From assembly GCF_021869535.1 (NCBI RefSeq), contig NW_026262723.1, positions 56,668,001 through 56,732,000 on the forward strand: a stretch of 64,000 nt of DNA, given 5' to 3'. A model generated the notes under the pieces. That model searched no databases, was not told the DNA's origin, and saw nothing but the letters and a program-made list of their open reading frames with translations. The stretch comes from Mytilus californianus (lineage: Eukaryota). Positions 1 to 13,479 of the stretch are shown piece after piece. The position numbers were made by a program, and so were the translations under genes. Numbering within the stretch: the first letter of the stretch is position 1; each line of letters starts with the position of its first letter.

Positions 1-619
1 ACAATAAATACAAGTAACTAAGTATAATTTGAAATATAAAAAAAAAATGAATTTATACACCAATAGTAAAAAAAGGAAGGTTCACTACCACAAATGCCTT
101 GGAATTTAAAACAGTCGTCTTATTGTTTAACAGTTGGTTTTTTTTATATTTCTTGAAGTTATACTTCAAAGTCGACATATTGTGTTTCGTAAGTTTTCAA
201 TTATGACCATGTAGAAATGCTTTTACCATAATTCTAACTTTACTTCATTTATCATGTTACAATAAATAAATAGATGGTTAAAAAAGTCAAAGAAAATTCA
301 ATTAAAAAACGCTTAATTTTTTACACTCTTAAGGGTCATACTTACATGTATGCAATTTACAGTGAAAGTAACTTTTCATCTTTCCTCGTATCAATTACCT
401 AGAACTTACGCGCATGTAACCTATTATTTCCTCATTTAATATGATATAATGAAATGTTGGTTCCAAAAAAAGTGGAGAATTTGCATAAATTTAATCGATT
501 AAATTTCACAAAATGCTTTGGTTTTAAACGTACAGCGTGTACATTTATCAACTACACTGCTAAGATGTATGTACAAAAAATAACGTCATCAAGTCATTTT
601 CCATAATTGAAAATTCGTA

Positions 620-900
620 ATCGGGCCCGCACACCAAGTGTGATTGTAGTATAGAAATGTGTTCCCTATTGATTTTTTTAGCATGAGATTTGCAAAAGTG
701 GGGAATGTGAGGAATGTTTGACTACACAGCCACGTCGGGTCAAAATGGGGACGTTAAATCCGATGCCTGGGGTTAGAAAACTTTCACCCTCTCTGTACAT
801 TAAGAACCTTGAATGTGGCCTGTTGCGAGATTAAACGCCGGTCCTAATTCAATATTCCCTCTTTCCCAGTGAAAGTCCATCTTGTCCGCCCTTCATGCCG
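620..900 (+). mobile_element. Degenerate mollusc SINE copy (Meta/V-type central domain)
   Basis: Core ggggacgttaaatccgatgcc...tgtacattaagaacc is shared with the copies at 16.3, 38.4 (minus) and 40.0 kb; upstream gtgattgtagtatagaaat matches 39.9 kb. Confidence 0.55.
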
Positions 901-1248
901 GTCTACCACTTTTACATGATCTACCTAATATATGTTTAGTTTATCTATTCTTGTGCGGAACATGCACAAAATAGTTGCCACTGTATATTAAGCACACAAA
1001 AACCAATCAATTATCCGTCTCGACCAAAACGTTTGAATATATACCTATATCTCAAAAGTAAATTCATAAAGGGGGAAGTCCATCCAATATCGCATAATAA
1101 AACGCTCGACTATTCAAACGAACGGAACGGAATAGCATATTATTCAAAAAATGACCTTGTTTAAATTGCTAAATTCAGCATTTTGCTGATAAATTGATTC
1201 AATTTCTACAGTCAGTATTTCAATTTTACACCGCCAGCAGCAATTGTT

Positions 1249-3560
1249 GAAAGCCTTTAACATTTAACAACTCTTAACTTCATGTTTAAAGTAGTAAAAT
1301 TCACAGCACACTTGTCAGTACTTAGATCTGTCTCTTTTAGAGGCTTTGTAAGTGGGTAACGTTTTTCCTTCTATTGATTTATAATGACTGTCTATTACTT
1401 GATTTATTTCAAGTGACTGGACGGGGCTTTACTGCTTTACTAATTATAAACCACGTCCATAGACAGGTGTTTGGGGATAAGTTCATATGAAGTGTCCAGT
1501 TATGGTAATTGATCCGGTACGAATATGTTAAATCTATAATTATGTATGATCGCATAGTGAACAATGAGACACAGTCGTTGATTTTTTTGTATGACTGCAT
1601 TTAAAAACATAAAAAAAAAAAGTGTCATGAGTTATTCAGATGGTCACACTCTCCTTTTTGGGTGGTTTATAATTTGTTTTACCATCTTATTATCTCTTAT
1701 GATTTTTATCGTTTCCCTACCTTTTATAACATTTAGATTAACATATAAAACATATTAGTTGAAACTTTTTTATATTCTACATTTTCTATATATCACAGAC
1801 ATTTGAATTGATACAATTGAAATTAAATCATTGTCACTTTCACTCATCATACATATATTGTCATATGAATCTTATAGGTTATGTGTCCACTTTTCATAAA
1901 ATTGAACATAGCTATATATTTGAGACCCTAGTGCAATGGCCTAACTCCCTTTACAATTATAATTCGAGATTTCTCCACTCTACGAGTCTCTGCACTTCAA
2001 TTGTATATTATGTTTTTTTTATCTCGTTAGTTCATAGAAATTATTTTCATAGTGTTGTATCTCCACTATTTCACATGTACTTTTGCTGTTAATTAACAGT
2101 TCTCAAAATTATCTTAGTATATTATTAAATGGCTTGCATGGTTTACACTCAACCCATGAGCCATTCTTAGCAAATCAAGCAGTACATAATTAGGAATTAC
2201 AAAGTTAAAAACATCCATGGTCTATCTCCAATGGAAATATGAGGATAAATTTCAAAAACTACATTGTTTGTAATGAAATGTTCTATTCCCCAAAACGTGG
2301 ATGCTTTATTTGTCTAATTTGCTTGTCTATTAAAAAAAACAATCGAATTACTCTTCATGTACGTTAATTCTATTCCTATAAAACTTTGTATGTCTCGGTC
2401 AAATATTTAGGGTTATGAGCTATTAAACTTTAGTTTAAATTTTTACCACTATTACCAAATTGGAAATACATCATTATAAGATTCACACGACGATATCATT
2501 TGTATTGCTGTTTTGTGACACTGATAGGTGATTATAATTCAGTCAATCATTTTTATCACACACGTCTTCAAATAAACAGTCCTAATGCAAATTAAACATA
2601 GCTCTTCCCGATCAGTTGAAATGAAATTGATAATATGCAGGAGTAATTGCACTCAAGACACATGATATAGATACTTCTATATTTTATGAAACACATTGAA
2701 TGAGTATTGTCCCACGGTTTTTATGTTGAAGCAACTTATTGTTTACTTAATTTATACAGATATTTTAAGAGTCCAGGATTTGTGATCAGACTTATTTTTA
2801 TTTAAATAATACATTCGTTCACAATATATGTCCAATGAAGTTGTTCAGATCCACATACTCTTGTACATTGTGTTTTTTATTCAAGGTGTAAGTTATAACT
2901 AATTTAGATACAGATAAGTTTGAAGATGATAGCAACTACCTGTTCGAAAATCAGGTACGACCTTTGAATAAAACATTGATTTTTGATACATGAAAATGCA
3001 TAAGAGTATTTTGATTTCATGTACTTGTATTTCATACCTGCGAATTGTCTATATGTTAAATTTCGACATGCCTCAAATGCATTGATAAGGATCATATTTG
3101 ACTCAAAAATTGGCAATCTGAATGTATAAGCAAGCTAATAACAATTTTCAAAATCCACATAATATCCTTTTTTACAATTTAGTACCAAGAGCTGTCATAA
3201 GTAAAAGAAAGCTTTTTATCGGGAATATTTCGCTACTTCTAATAGTATGCATTTTATTATAAAAGGCACAAGAAAACATAAACGTTGTAAATAATAATAC
3301 TAGTAAGCTGGACTTGTAACATTGAACATATCAAACCCAACAAAGTCAGTGTTACGCTATTGCCTCTTTGTTTGTCGCTCCATTTGTCCGTCTAAAACGG
3401 TGTCTTTACATATTACTCAGCTTCTATAATAAATAGGGATGTCAACGAGTATTGAATATATAAACGAAACTCAACTCGACTAATCGGTTTGCTTCCGTCT
3501 TTTAAAAAAAATAATTTTATTTTGTATAAATTTGTTTATATTTTAAGGATGTTTTGAGAA
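1249..3560 (+). pseudogene. Toll-like receptor pseudogene A (LRRs, LRR-CT, TM, TIR remnants)
   Basis: Manual translation across stops and frameshifts. LRRs: ESL*HLTTLNF and HLSVLRSVSFRG (1249-1345). LRR-CT: CKL*LI*IQISLKMIATTCSKI (about 2887-2952; the * in LI*I aligns with W in paralog B). A hydrophobic stretch follows at about 3000-3075. TIR box1-like AF..AQENINVV at about 3245-3280 and LSFYNK*GCQRVLNI (FxxxxxCQxxLN) at 3415-3460. Confidence 0.62.
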
Positions 3561-3699
3561 TTTGTTTATTTTATGCTGCTCTTTTTTTAAGCTCTGATAC
3601 ATTTTTTTATTCACTGATCGAAGCTGATATGATAAGGATTGATACTTATGAAAATATAGGGCCCAACACATTTGTTTTTTCTGGTTTGAAGTCAAAAAC

Positions 3700-4930
3700 C
3701 TTGTTTTTGTACTTGTCTTTAGTGATACCTTAGTTTGGGTATTTAAGGTTGTTAAAAGGTGAGTAAGCAGGTAATCAATACAATTTTCATCTATGAATAT
3801 ACAATGTATAATGGTCAAATCTTTAAACGATTCAGTACAGAGTGGGGTTTCAGTTCCTAAGTCAATTTTAAATTGCAGTTAATTCAGTACTCTTCAGACA
3901 ATTGCCTTGCACTCAATTCAGTTCTATTAAGTAGCTTTTCAGAAAATTAAGTATGTTGTTGAAGTGAACAGGTAACTTGCAACAAACTGAAAATGATTTA
4001 ACAATTTATTGCTAGGTCATTTAAGAGATATTAATATCTAAATTTCCGTTTGATATCTAAATTGGTTTACTAGTGAAGGTGTTAACTTTCCCTTCTTTTT
4101 CATAATAACTTTTCTGTGTTAATTTAAAAATAACACAGATCACCTCGTGTTTATTTTTTTTTCAATTTTAGAAAAAAATATGTAAACAATTTATGATGCT
4201 TAATGTAGATTATATGGCATTGCATTAATCTAAAGATTAGTGATAAAAAATTCTCACATAAGATTAATATTTCTAAGATCAAGGTGGGCAACAATTTTTT
4301 TGTTAGACTGACTATGGTTTGTGTTCCAATGATAACATACATATCTATAGAAAAACTATGGCTTCAGTAAATAGAATACTATCAAAGCCATAATCAGCTA
4401 TGATATTTGTTTCCAATGGGTTAGGTATGTGTCATGGTCTTTGTTAGCAATATTGAGAATCGTATTATTAATTAAAGAAAAGATTTGTATCATTAACTAA
4501 CCTTTAAAATATTGTTAGTTTGGGTCGTTGGCAACTGTACCTATCTTTAATTAGTCAGCATATTTTACAAAAAAATAATCTGCCTGTTTCTAGAAAGTTC
4601 AACATCAAATTCAGTAAAACAATAAATAATTTATCTGATTCGTCCACGACTGGAACTGAAGTTATTCTTAAATTTATCACCCCTCCCCCCCTCCACAAAC
4701 ACACACACACTGTTTCCTGCGTCTCTATTTTCTCAAAATTACTTCTCTGTGGATATCTGTAAGCTGTGGAGCACGTGTTCAATTTTAATTTATAGTTTCA
4801 TGTAATATGCTTAAATGATTTATGTCTGGTTTTTATTCTAAATCAGAAATTTTCTCTACTCTGGATACACATCTTCCTTATGCATCCTTTTATTTCATAT
4901 GATGTAATAAAACCATTGATTGCTAGATAT
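3700..4930 (+). pseudogene. TLR-like N-terminal LRR fragment
   Basis: Homologous to the blocks at 6.8, 8.2, 8.9 and 13.5-16.1 kb; IVSLVVGNCTYL near 4510-4547 after a 1-bp correction. Confidence 0.5.
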
Positions 4931-4999
4931 GTAAGGAACTGGCATATGAATTGGTCTTGAAAAGCTGGATCTTTAAATTATACTAATCAGAGTCGACCC

Positions 5000-5575
5000 A
5001 AAAGGTTAAAAAGGATCATCCATGATCTGCCAGTCAAAATAATGCATACAAGTGGCGCTCGTTTTGATTTATGGGATGTATAAATACAGATCTGTAACTG
5101 CAGAGCTCGATTTGTTTACCATGATTGTTGCTTTACCAGTCCGTGAGTGAACCCGAACTATCTTATCGCAGTGTTAAGTGTCAGTTGATTTGTGCCAGAG
5201 CTTCCTGGTTCAATCCCAAACTGTTACAGAGGAAACTGTTTAAAGGAAACTATTCGCTACTTCATGTTGTAAACATCATAACCGGCCGGAATAAGAATAG
5301 TGAACCCGCGAGTAGAATTACACACTATGGCCACGCCTAGAACACCTCGCAACAACTCTTTGAGGTGTCTGGAAGTAGCTTGTTGCAAGGAAAAATTTCA
5401 GATTCTATCCTTAATACCGTGAATTTCTAATGGCATTCGAAAATCCCGTACTTCAGTACGGTTGGCCTTGTTTGAAGAACCTACCCATGTCATGCGTGTG
5501 AAGTATTGTTAATTTTTTATCGTCACGAACATTTGTAAAATATTTGCAACTGGACGTTAAGCAACCAACACCTAA
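5000..5575 (+). mobile_element. tRNA-derived SINE copy
   Basis: B-box-like ggttcaatccc at about 5207, central caactctttgaggtgt...ttgttgcaag, and 3' tail atatttgcaactggacgttaagcaaccaac. Confidence 0.55.
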
Positions 5576-5623
5576 TCAGTTTTAATCTTTTTTATGTATT
5601 AATGTTATGGGATGATGTTACTA

Positions 5624-6576
5624 TTTGCAGTTCAAGCAAGGCGTCACGTCGCTTGACTTAACAGAGAAAAACATTTATTATGTCTATTACTTGATTAATT
5701 GCAAGCTACTGGGCGAGACTTTTTAATTAGAACACTTCTATCTGTAGACAGGTATTATGGGACAAATTCATCAATGAAGTGTCCAGTTAAGGTCATTGAT
5801 CCGGTTAGAATATGTTAACACTATAATTATGTATAATCGCAAATTAATTAGCAAGACACAGTCGTTGATTTTCTTGTTAAACGGAATTTAAAAACATATC
5901 AAAAGTTGTCACATTTTAAAATTGTGGAAATATGAAAGTATAACTAAATCAACGGCAGTTGCAACATTTGATTATGCTTATGTCATTATTCTATAACGTT
6001 TTTATTTTCGTTTTATATATTGGTACATTAAGGTACTAACCATAATTGAAGAATGTTGCCTTTAAATTTAAATTGTAATCTAATAAAAAATTAAAACTAT
6101 GACGGTTTGATTGAATAGGTATTTATTTCATATTGCAAATCATTGTATGCGGCTGTGTAGTAGTCATGCATCCAAGATTTGAAACTGTTAAGATAACACA
6201 TAGTTTATTACTATCTTCGATGGATTTGCATGTTTTAACATAGACAAAACTCGAGCTTTGTCTATATGTTAAAACTTGAAAATCAATCGATTGGTGACAT
6301 GTTTGATTTTAAAGGCGGTAAATTAAATGAATGGTTACAATTATTTAGCAAACTATAATATCTTTTACAAGACCAATACCGGGTCTGAACATGCGTCAAA
6401 CATTTAAACTTCACTGGACACTTCATTGATGAATTTGTCCCATAATACCTGTTTACAGATAGAAGTGCTCTAATTAAAAAGTCCCGCCCAGTAGCTTGCA
6501 ATAAATCAAGTAATATACATAATTAATGTTTTTCTCTGTTTAGTCAAGCGACGTGACGCCTTGCTTGAACTGCAAA
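5624..6576. repeat. 164-bp inverted repeat (arms 5624-5787 and 6413-6576)
   Basis: Direct comparison gives 7 mismatches in 164 bp, with a 625-bp spacer. The arm sequence is a TLR LRR relic also seen at 1.4 and 53.65 kb. Confidence 0.9.
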
Positions 6577-7990
6577 CAAAAGGGAAGTAGCTTCAAGACA
6601 GACATATTTTAAAAGTATTAACACTATTACACAACATTAAGAAGTTTGACACAAAATATAAAATTATTGGCTTTCAGAGAATCCAAGAAAAGTCTAATGA
6701 ACGTTTTCCCTGTACAATGATTGTTGTAAAATTTCCGATTTCGCCATTAGCGTCGTTGACAACGATGGCTATGTGTTTGTTGAAAAACAGTATTTCGTTT
6801 TTTGCATGTCTTTCGAATACATTTGTATGTTAATCTGCAAGTTTTATAATACGTTTGGAAAATCGGAAGTAGCATGTAAGCAACATAATTGTTATAAATA
6901 CATGTATTTAAATAGGACCTTTTAACGATTCAGTAACAAATGGCCTGTTGAAGCTATTTACATTTTATTATAATTATTGAAATTACATTTTCAATTTTGT
7001 TGATGATATTTAATCTGCATAAGCCTACTGTTTGGTTTTTCAAAGATTAGAAACAAACATTTAAACTATTGTTATCGCTAAATATAGGATTATATGCCAT
7101 GGCATAACACTAAAACATAAGGGTACAATAAATAAAATGCAATGAAAACAATAATCATATATAATATGATATTTGCTGCCTGTAATAAAGGTATGTTTGC
7201 GTGATCTTTCAGAGAAGACATTTCTTCAGACATAATGATTAGAATCATGATATTAACAAAAGAACATATTTGTATCATTAACTACAGTAAAGTTCCAAAT
7301 ATTGTTTGTTTGGTCGTTGGCAACTGTACCTATTTAAAACTAGGTGACATGTTTTCCAAATTGTCATTACTGTTTCCAAAAGTTCGATGGTTGGCAACTA
7401 GATCAAAGTTTTTTTTTCCTACAATTTGTAATGCCTAACTCCTCCGTCTTTCATTTTTTTTTTTTTAAATGACTTATTCTTCACACTCTTATTTGTTCAA
7501 AAATAGGTACAAGTAGTATCGCTACATGCATTTTAAACGATTCTGCATATTTGTTACTATAGTATTGTATTTTGTCGAATGTGACTTGCTTCAGTAAACA
7601 GGCAACAAACAATACGAACAGCAATTGATCATAATTATATAGCACGCAATAATAATTTTTACAAGAACAATACCGGTTCTTATTCTGCGTCAAAGATTTG
7701 AAACTATCGGCCAAAAGGTAGTGGGTACAAGACTGATGTGAAACGTGCAACACTTAACATCTCAAAATGATCAAGATCCACACCAGATATCAAATTAATT
7801 GCTTCCAGAGAAGCCAAGAAAAGTTTGACCAACATTTTCTTTGTACAATGGAGCTTCACAATTTCAAACTATTGACAAACTGGAAGTAGCTTCACGGGCG
7901 ATAGAATATTTCTTACATGCTACACTTTAACATTATCAAGCTGCAGATCTGATATAAAATCATTTCTTTGTATAAAAGCTTAAAACAGGT
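6345..7990 (+). pseudogene. TLR-like N-terminal fragment (possible start ATG 6765, LRR-NT, LRRs)
   Basis: MAMCLLKNSISFFAC from 6765; VACKQHN (LRR-NT-like). ORF 7235-7438 contains VPNIVCLVVGNCTYLKLGDMFSKLSLLFPKVRWL, which fits LxxLxxLxLxxCxxL. Also LNDSAYLLL*Y. Confidence 0.58.
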
Positions 7991-8149
7991 TTACGAAAGT
8001 TGTCTGCCTTTCAAATGGACGTTCGGACAGCACGACAGACAGCGTGGTTGGTTACTGGACCTGTTTTATCCTTTGAATGCGTTGGCAACGCAGGTAAAAG
8101 TAACGTCTGATTACTTTTCTTTTGGAAATTAGTATCCGGAGCTGCCTCG

Positions 8150-8730
8150 TGGTAAAACTTCTATGTGATTGTTCAAAGAGATAACTTCGGTTTCTGAATG
8201 TCTTTAGAAATATACTAATCTGGCTTTTGTGATTAGATTAAAGTATGAGAGGTAGCATGTACGCAGCATAATTTTATAAATACATGTATCGGATTCGAAT
8301 GTTTTAAACGAATTGTTAAGAGTGGTCTCTTTCAGATTATCACATTTTCTTTTAAATTAATTACTTTTTTATTTTTGTTTTCATTATATCTAATTTAGGA
8401 AATATAATCATAGTACTAATCACCTGCATTTTTGTTCTTCCAATGTAAGAATAAAAGGTTTAAACAATTATCTAAATATAGATTATCTGACATAGCATTT
8501 AACAAAATATTAAAAACTAAAATATGGGTAAAGTAAATGAAATACAACCAAAGCGATAATCAGCTATGATATTTGCTTCCAGCAGAAAAGTTATATTTGC
8601 GTGACCTTTCAAGGAAGACATTTCTTTAGACAGAATGATTAGAATTATATTATAAACAAAAGAAATAGTTGTTTCATTAAATACCGTTTTAAGCATTGAT
8701 TGTTAAATCGTTAGCAACTGTACCTATTTA
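8150..8730 (+). pseudogene. TLR-like N-terminal fragment
   Basis: Same module order as 6.8-7.4 kb: EVACTQHN, INTCI, IVSNCTYLK. Confidence 0.52.
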
Positions 8731-8879
8731 AAATCGAACGGACGGAATGTCAGACCGAGTGATTACTAGACCTGCCGTCGAATTGTGGCAGTTGGCAAGC
8801 AGTACAAATTATGTATGCTATACTTTTATTTAGAATTTATTATCCAGTGCTGTCTCAAGTAAAGTGTCTACGTGCTTGC

Positions 8880-9640
8880 TCGAAGCAAGAACCTCTTTTT
8901 GCATGTCTTTGGGTATATCTTTAGCTATGTCTTTAATAATTAGATTAGACAAATTAGGAGACAGAATGTAAGAAACATATTTTTTTTTATAAATACATGT
9001 ACTAGAATCAAAGCTTTAAATAAATCAGTAAAGAATGGTCTGCTTCAGATTATTCAATTTTAATTTAAATAAATGAGGTAACTTGTTTAATTGTTTCTTT
9101 ATATTTTATCTGCGTAATATAAGCATACCAAAAATCCCCTACTATTTGGTTTTTCCAATTTCAGAATATAATGTTTAAACAATTGTCATTGCTAAATATA
9201 GTATAGTATAAATATGTATTGGTACAGTTTTAAAAAATAAAACCTAAGCAATAATTATTCAGCTATGATATTTGCTTTCAGTAGGATAGGTATGTTTGCG
9301 TGATCTTTCAAGAAAGACATTTCTTTTGACAAAAGAAAATACTTGTATCTTAAAGTACATGTGTACCGTTCAGAATTTTGTTTGTTTGGTCGTTGGCAAC
9401 TGTACTTATTTAAAATTAGTTGACACATTTTTCAGAATCATCGGACCTGTTTTCAGGAAGTTCAGCAGACTAGATAGATTTTATTTTCTAAAATGTGTTT
9501 GTCCCTACTCTTTCGTCTCTGTTTTTAAAAATGACTCTTATTTGTTCAAAAATATGTACAAATAGTATCGTTAAATGCATTCTAAACAATTTAGTTTATT
9601 TGTTTCTATAGTATAGTTTATTGATGTGCTTTTAATGGAC
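8880..9640 (+). pseudogene. TLR-like N-terminal fragment
   Basis: ORF 9296-9565 has FVCLVVGNCTYLKLVDTF; downstream LNNLVYLFL*Y is in LRR phase. Confidence 0.55.
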
Positions 9641-9819
9641 AGGTCATTTGTTATTGATATTTATATATGGGTCGTTTTCAATTTCCGTTCATATTTTAGA
9701 TATAAACTGGGAAAATATTTTTATCAAATCAATTCAATTTTAAATTTTCAAATGAACTCTTAATAATTTATATGAACATAATCTAAAATATGCAGTTTTA
9801 ATGAAAACAGAAATTACGG

Positions 9820-10432
9820 AATTTGTCAACTACATAACGATAGCATTTATATTGATATCTCAATGTTAAGTATTAATAAATGATGACCTTTTCCATAAGT
9901 ATAATAAGATAAATTTATTTTTTTCTAATTACTTCAGTTGTTACAGTGTTCAACGTACGATTTTGACTTTTGCTTTTTGTCACCTACATAACAATATTGT
10001 CAACTACATAACAAAAATATCCACTACATAACAAAATTAGGCCAATTGTTATGTAGTTGACCGTTATGTAGTGGACATATTCACACTTTGGGGCATTTTT
10101 TAATACCACTGATACTTCAATATCACAAATACTGTGCTTTTTTCTATAAAACACAGAACATTGATTATAATGATATAGATACGGAAGTGATGTTCCATTG
10201 TTATCTTGAAAAAAAATCCCGATACCAAGTGGACAAGTTAAAAACTACTGGGCTACCTTTACTTCCTTAAATGCCAATAATTGTTGATACCATTTACAGA
10301 GTTATCTTTTAATGCTTCCATTACTATTATGATATGTAGAGTTAGTGCTGAGGCACTTTCTAGATAAAAAAAGTGGTGTCAGAATTTATATCATAGCAAG
10401 CAAAAACGTTTTCGTTATGTAGTTGACAAAAT
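9820..10432. mobile_element. Probable DNA-transposon relic with a repeated 11-bp motif
   Basis: tttgtcaactacataacga (9821) is inverted at about 10412-10430; seven copies of (a/c)(a/c)ctacataac-like motif occur in both orientations. Confidence 0.45.
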
Positions 10433-12159
10433 ATCAAGTACACTATAAAACATTAAGATAAATCTGAAACCATAGCCAACTACTATTTAAAACCTTTAAT
10501 TATAATATCAATCTACATTGTATTTTCTATCTTAAAACAGAAAATTGTAAGATTTGGTTAAATATAAAGATGTCTATTTTGATAGGATGTTTGGCATTTT
10601 TGGAGTTGGGACTTGCAGTTTGGGGTCATTTTAGAGCTTTGAGCACGATTTTCAGGAAAATCACCGAACCTATGCCTTATTTTTCTTCTGCAAGTAGTAG
10701 AACTTACGTTGCACTATGCAGGACACCAAAATTCAAATGATGATAAAGCCGTATTTTCCTCACAGGCCAGTCGTACAAGAATATGGACGGATTTTGAAAA
10801 TGACCCATATAACTAATTGTTCGTCAATTTGAAATTGTATTTCCCCTATACACGAATGAACCCTATATATCTTTTATTATATATATGATATTATCAAATG
10901 GCAAAATCCTAGGTACTTTCTTCATATCATTTGCACCAGGGGACTTTGACCCTTTTGATGAAATTACTTCCATTAGTTGTAGATTAAAAATATAAATTAT
11001 ATAAAATTTGCGGATGTTCCAGTCTTGTCCCCTCTTGGATCTAAAACTAATGTGTTTTTGAAAACTTCCTTTGGCGGATATTACCAAATATGTTGTGCAA
11101 ATCTAAGGTATAATGCAAAAACAATGACTATTTACTATTGAAATCATCATGTTTTAAAGAATTTCGCTGAAAACTCGACCGCAGATGAGATAGAAGAGTA
11201 TAACCTAAAAATGCCAACTGCAAGGTGTTCCTTATATGCGGGAAAATCATGAACAATCTCTGAACTTGTGTAACTGTAACTTTATTTCTATTTTGAATCT
11301 TGTTTTTTTACGATTTTTAGTTATTTTATATAGCAATTATACTACAGTTGCGCTTTAAAGTTTTCAAAGTAGACAATGTTCATTTGAATACGAACCGAAG
11401 GCAAGAAATATGTACAATTCACCTATATGCGACTAAGGAATTAGCATATTTGCATTTTTATTTTAGGGCATGTACAATCCTATTGCAATGGCTGTCGTCA
11501 TGATGAGGCAATATTGCCGCTATGCAAATTAAAAAAGTTCCCCAAATTTTGCCATTTGTGAAATATTTGTTCCAAGATGAGAAAAGAACTAGCAAGAATT
11601 TTATTCATGATTTTTGTTTTAATTCTTTACATAATACTTCTGTTTTAAACATACATTCATTTGCTTGGTATATATATGTATATAAGTACGTCTGAACCAG
11701 TGACGACTCTACAACAGATTTTATCCATCGGATCACCAGCAGTGAAGGTGATACAAGGCTGAAAATACATTCTGTATATATAATGCGTTTATATATATAT
11801 AAGTTCTAACAAATTTAAATAAAAAGAAATAAGTTAATATAAAGCTGAAATTATTTTATATTATTAAGGATTTTGATATTAAAATACTATTAAGTTTTTA
11901 TAACTTCACTCTTATGGATAAGAAATACTGTAAATCGTATCGAATGTAATTCTTAGGTCAAATAATATTGGTAAACTCATCAGGCCCTCAAATCGCCCTC
12001 TTAAATTCCCAAAAGCACCAGGTAAAATGAACCATTCATTAGATTTGGGTAAACCTAAATACGACAAGCTTGATAAGCAATCATGCATGCAGATCACTAT
12101 GCATACAATGTATGAGAATCAATGCTAACATTAACACGTTCAGATATTGATAAATATAA

Positions 12160-13400
12160 AACAATTGTCCATTTTTTTAAAAGCCTGAAACATTTTACGT
12201 CCCAAAACACCATTTATCAGGTAGTAAAATTCTAACCATACTAGTCAGTACTTAGATCTGTCTCTTTTAAAAGCTTTGTCAATTAACGTTGTAAACGTCT
12301 TTCCCTCCAATAGGTTATAATGACCGTCTATGTAAGGGTAAATGAACTCAATATAGATACTGCTATATCGGATAACACATTGCTTATTATCATCGTCCCA
12401 CTGTGGTGTCCCATTGAATTAAACAATTGTTATCTCAATCCATAAAGATATTTTAAGAGTCCAGGATTCATAATAAGACTAAATTATTGACAATAATGCA
12501 TTCGGCACAAGATATATCCAAGGGAGTTTTTCAGACCCTTATATTCTTGTACATTGTGTTTTTTACAATATTGTACAATCTATTTAACCTGTTAGAATCA
12601 ACTTATATGGATAAAGCTAGATTTCAAGACGATAGCAACTACATGTACGAAAATCGATAAGATTTCTTTTTCTTTGACTAAAACATGGCTTTTTGATACA
12701 TTTAGAACATGTAGTATAATCATACATTGTATCGAATTATAAATTTTATTTGTACAAGGCTTACAAACAGGTAGAAAGCGACGCTTTGTTCTGACGTTCT
12801 GACGTTATAATACATTTGTATTTCTTCATATACTGCAAATCCTAAAATTGTTCAAAATGAAATATTTAGGGGAAAAACCATCATTGTTTAATTTGGAACG
12901 AACCACGTAAAAATTCCGCGAACCTGTTGTCTTAATAACGCCATAAATAAAACTCTACGGAAACGCATTGTCAACGTCATAAACATATGTAAATGGAAGT
13001 TTTTTATCAAGAATATTTGCACATAAAGTGTGCATTTTTGGTAATCAAATGCACAAGAAAACATAAACATTGTAAATAATAATAAGCTTGAACTGTCACA
13101 TTTTAAATTGTATACCCAACTTAAAGAACAAGTGGTATACTGTAATCACCTTGTTTGTGAGCTCGTTTGTTCGTCTTAAACTTTTGTTACATATTACTCA
13201 GCTTCTGTATTAAGAAGAGATGTCAACGAGTATTGAATACTTAAATGACTGTACTCGACAAATCGGTATTCTGCTGAAAAACATTGTCCCCTTCTTTTCA
13301 TAAAATCATTGTCTTGCGCATAAATTTGCTAAAATTTTGTAGATATTATTAGATTTAAATGATTTTTAGTTGATTTTTATTTTACACTCTGATATTTAAT
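12160..13400 (+). pseudogene. Toll-like receptor pseudogene B (paralog of A, internally deleted)
   Basis: Collinear with 1249-3560. KSLKHFTSQN and SVLRSVSF (LRR). TC*NQLIWIKLDFKTIATTCTKIDKISFSLTKTWLFDTFRTC (12587-12712, LRR-CT cysteine spacing). AFVSNAQENINIV after small indels (TIR box1, about 13028-13075). LLSFCIKKRCQRVLN at 13195-13238. Confidence 0.65.
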
Positions 13401-13479
13401 TTTCATCTCTTCATTTCACTGATCAAGGTTACTAGGTGAGGGTGCTCATAAGAATGTAGTAAAAATCCATGAGTCCATC

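Noticed and set aside
1385-1625. Conserved non-coding promoter module (GC box) at 1.4, 5.7 and 53.65 kb
   Set aside because: Better explained as decayed LRR coding sequence; the GC box is intact in only some copies.
5160-5220. tRNA gene (also 16640-16700)
   Set aside because: Only a B-box-like remnant within a SINE; no cloverleaf could be formed.
7090-7753. Minus-strand hydrophobic ORFs suggesting a GPCR or otopetrin pseudogene
   Set aside because: The frames are not conserved among copies; the plus strand gives consistent LRR motifs.
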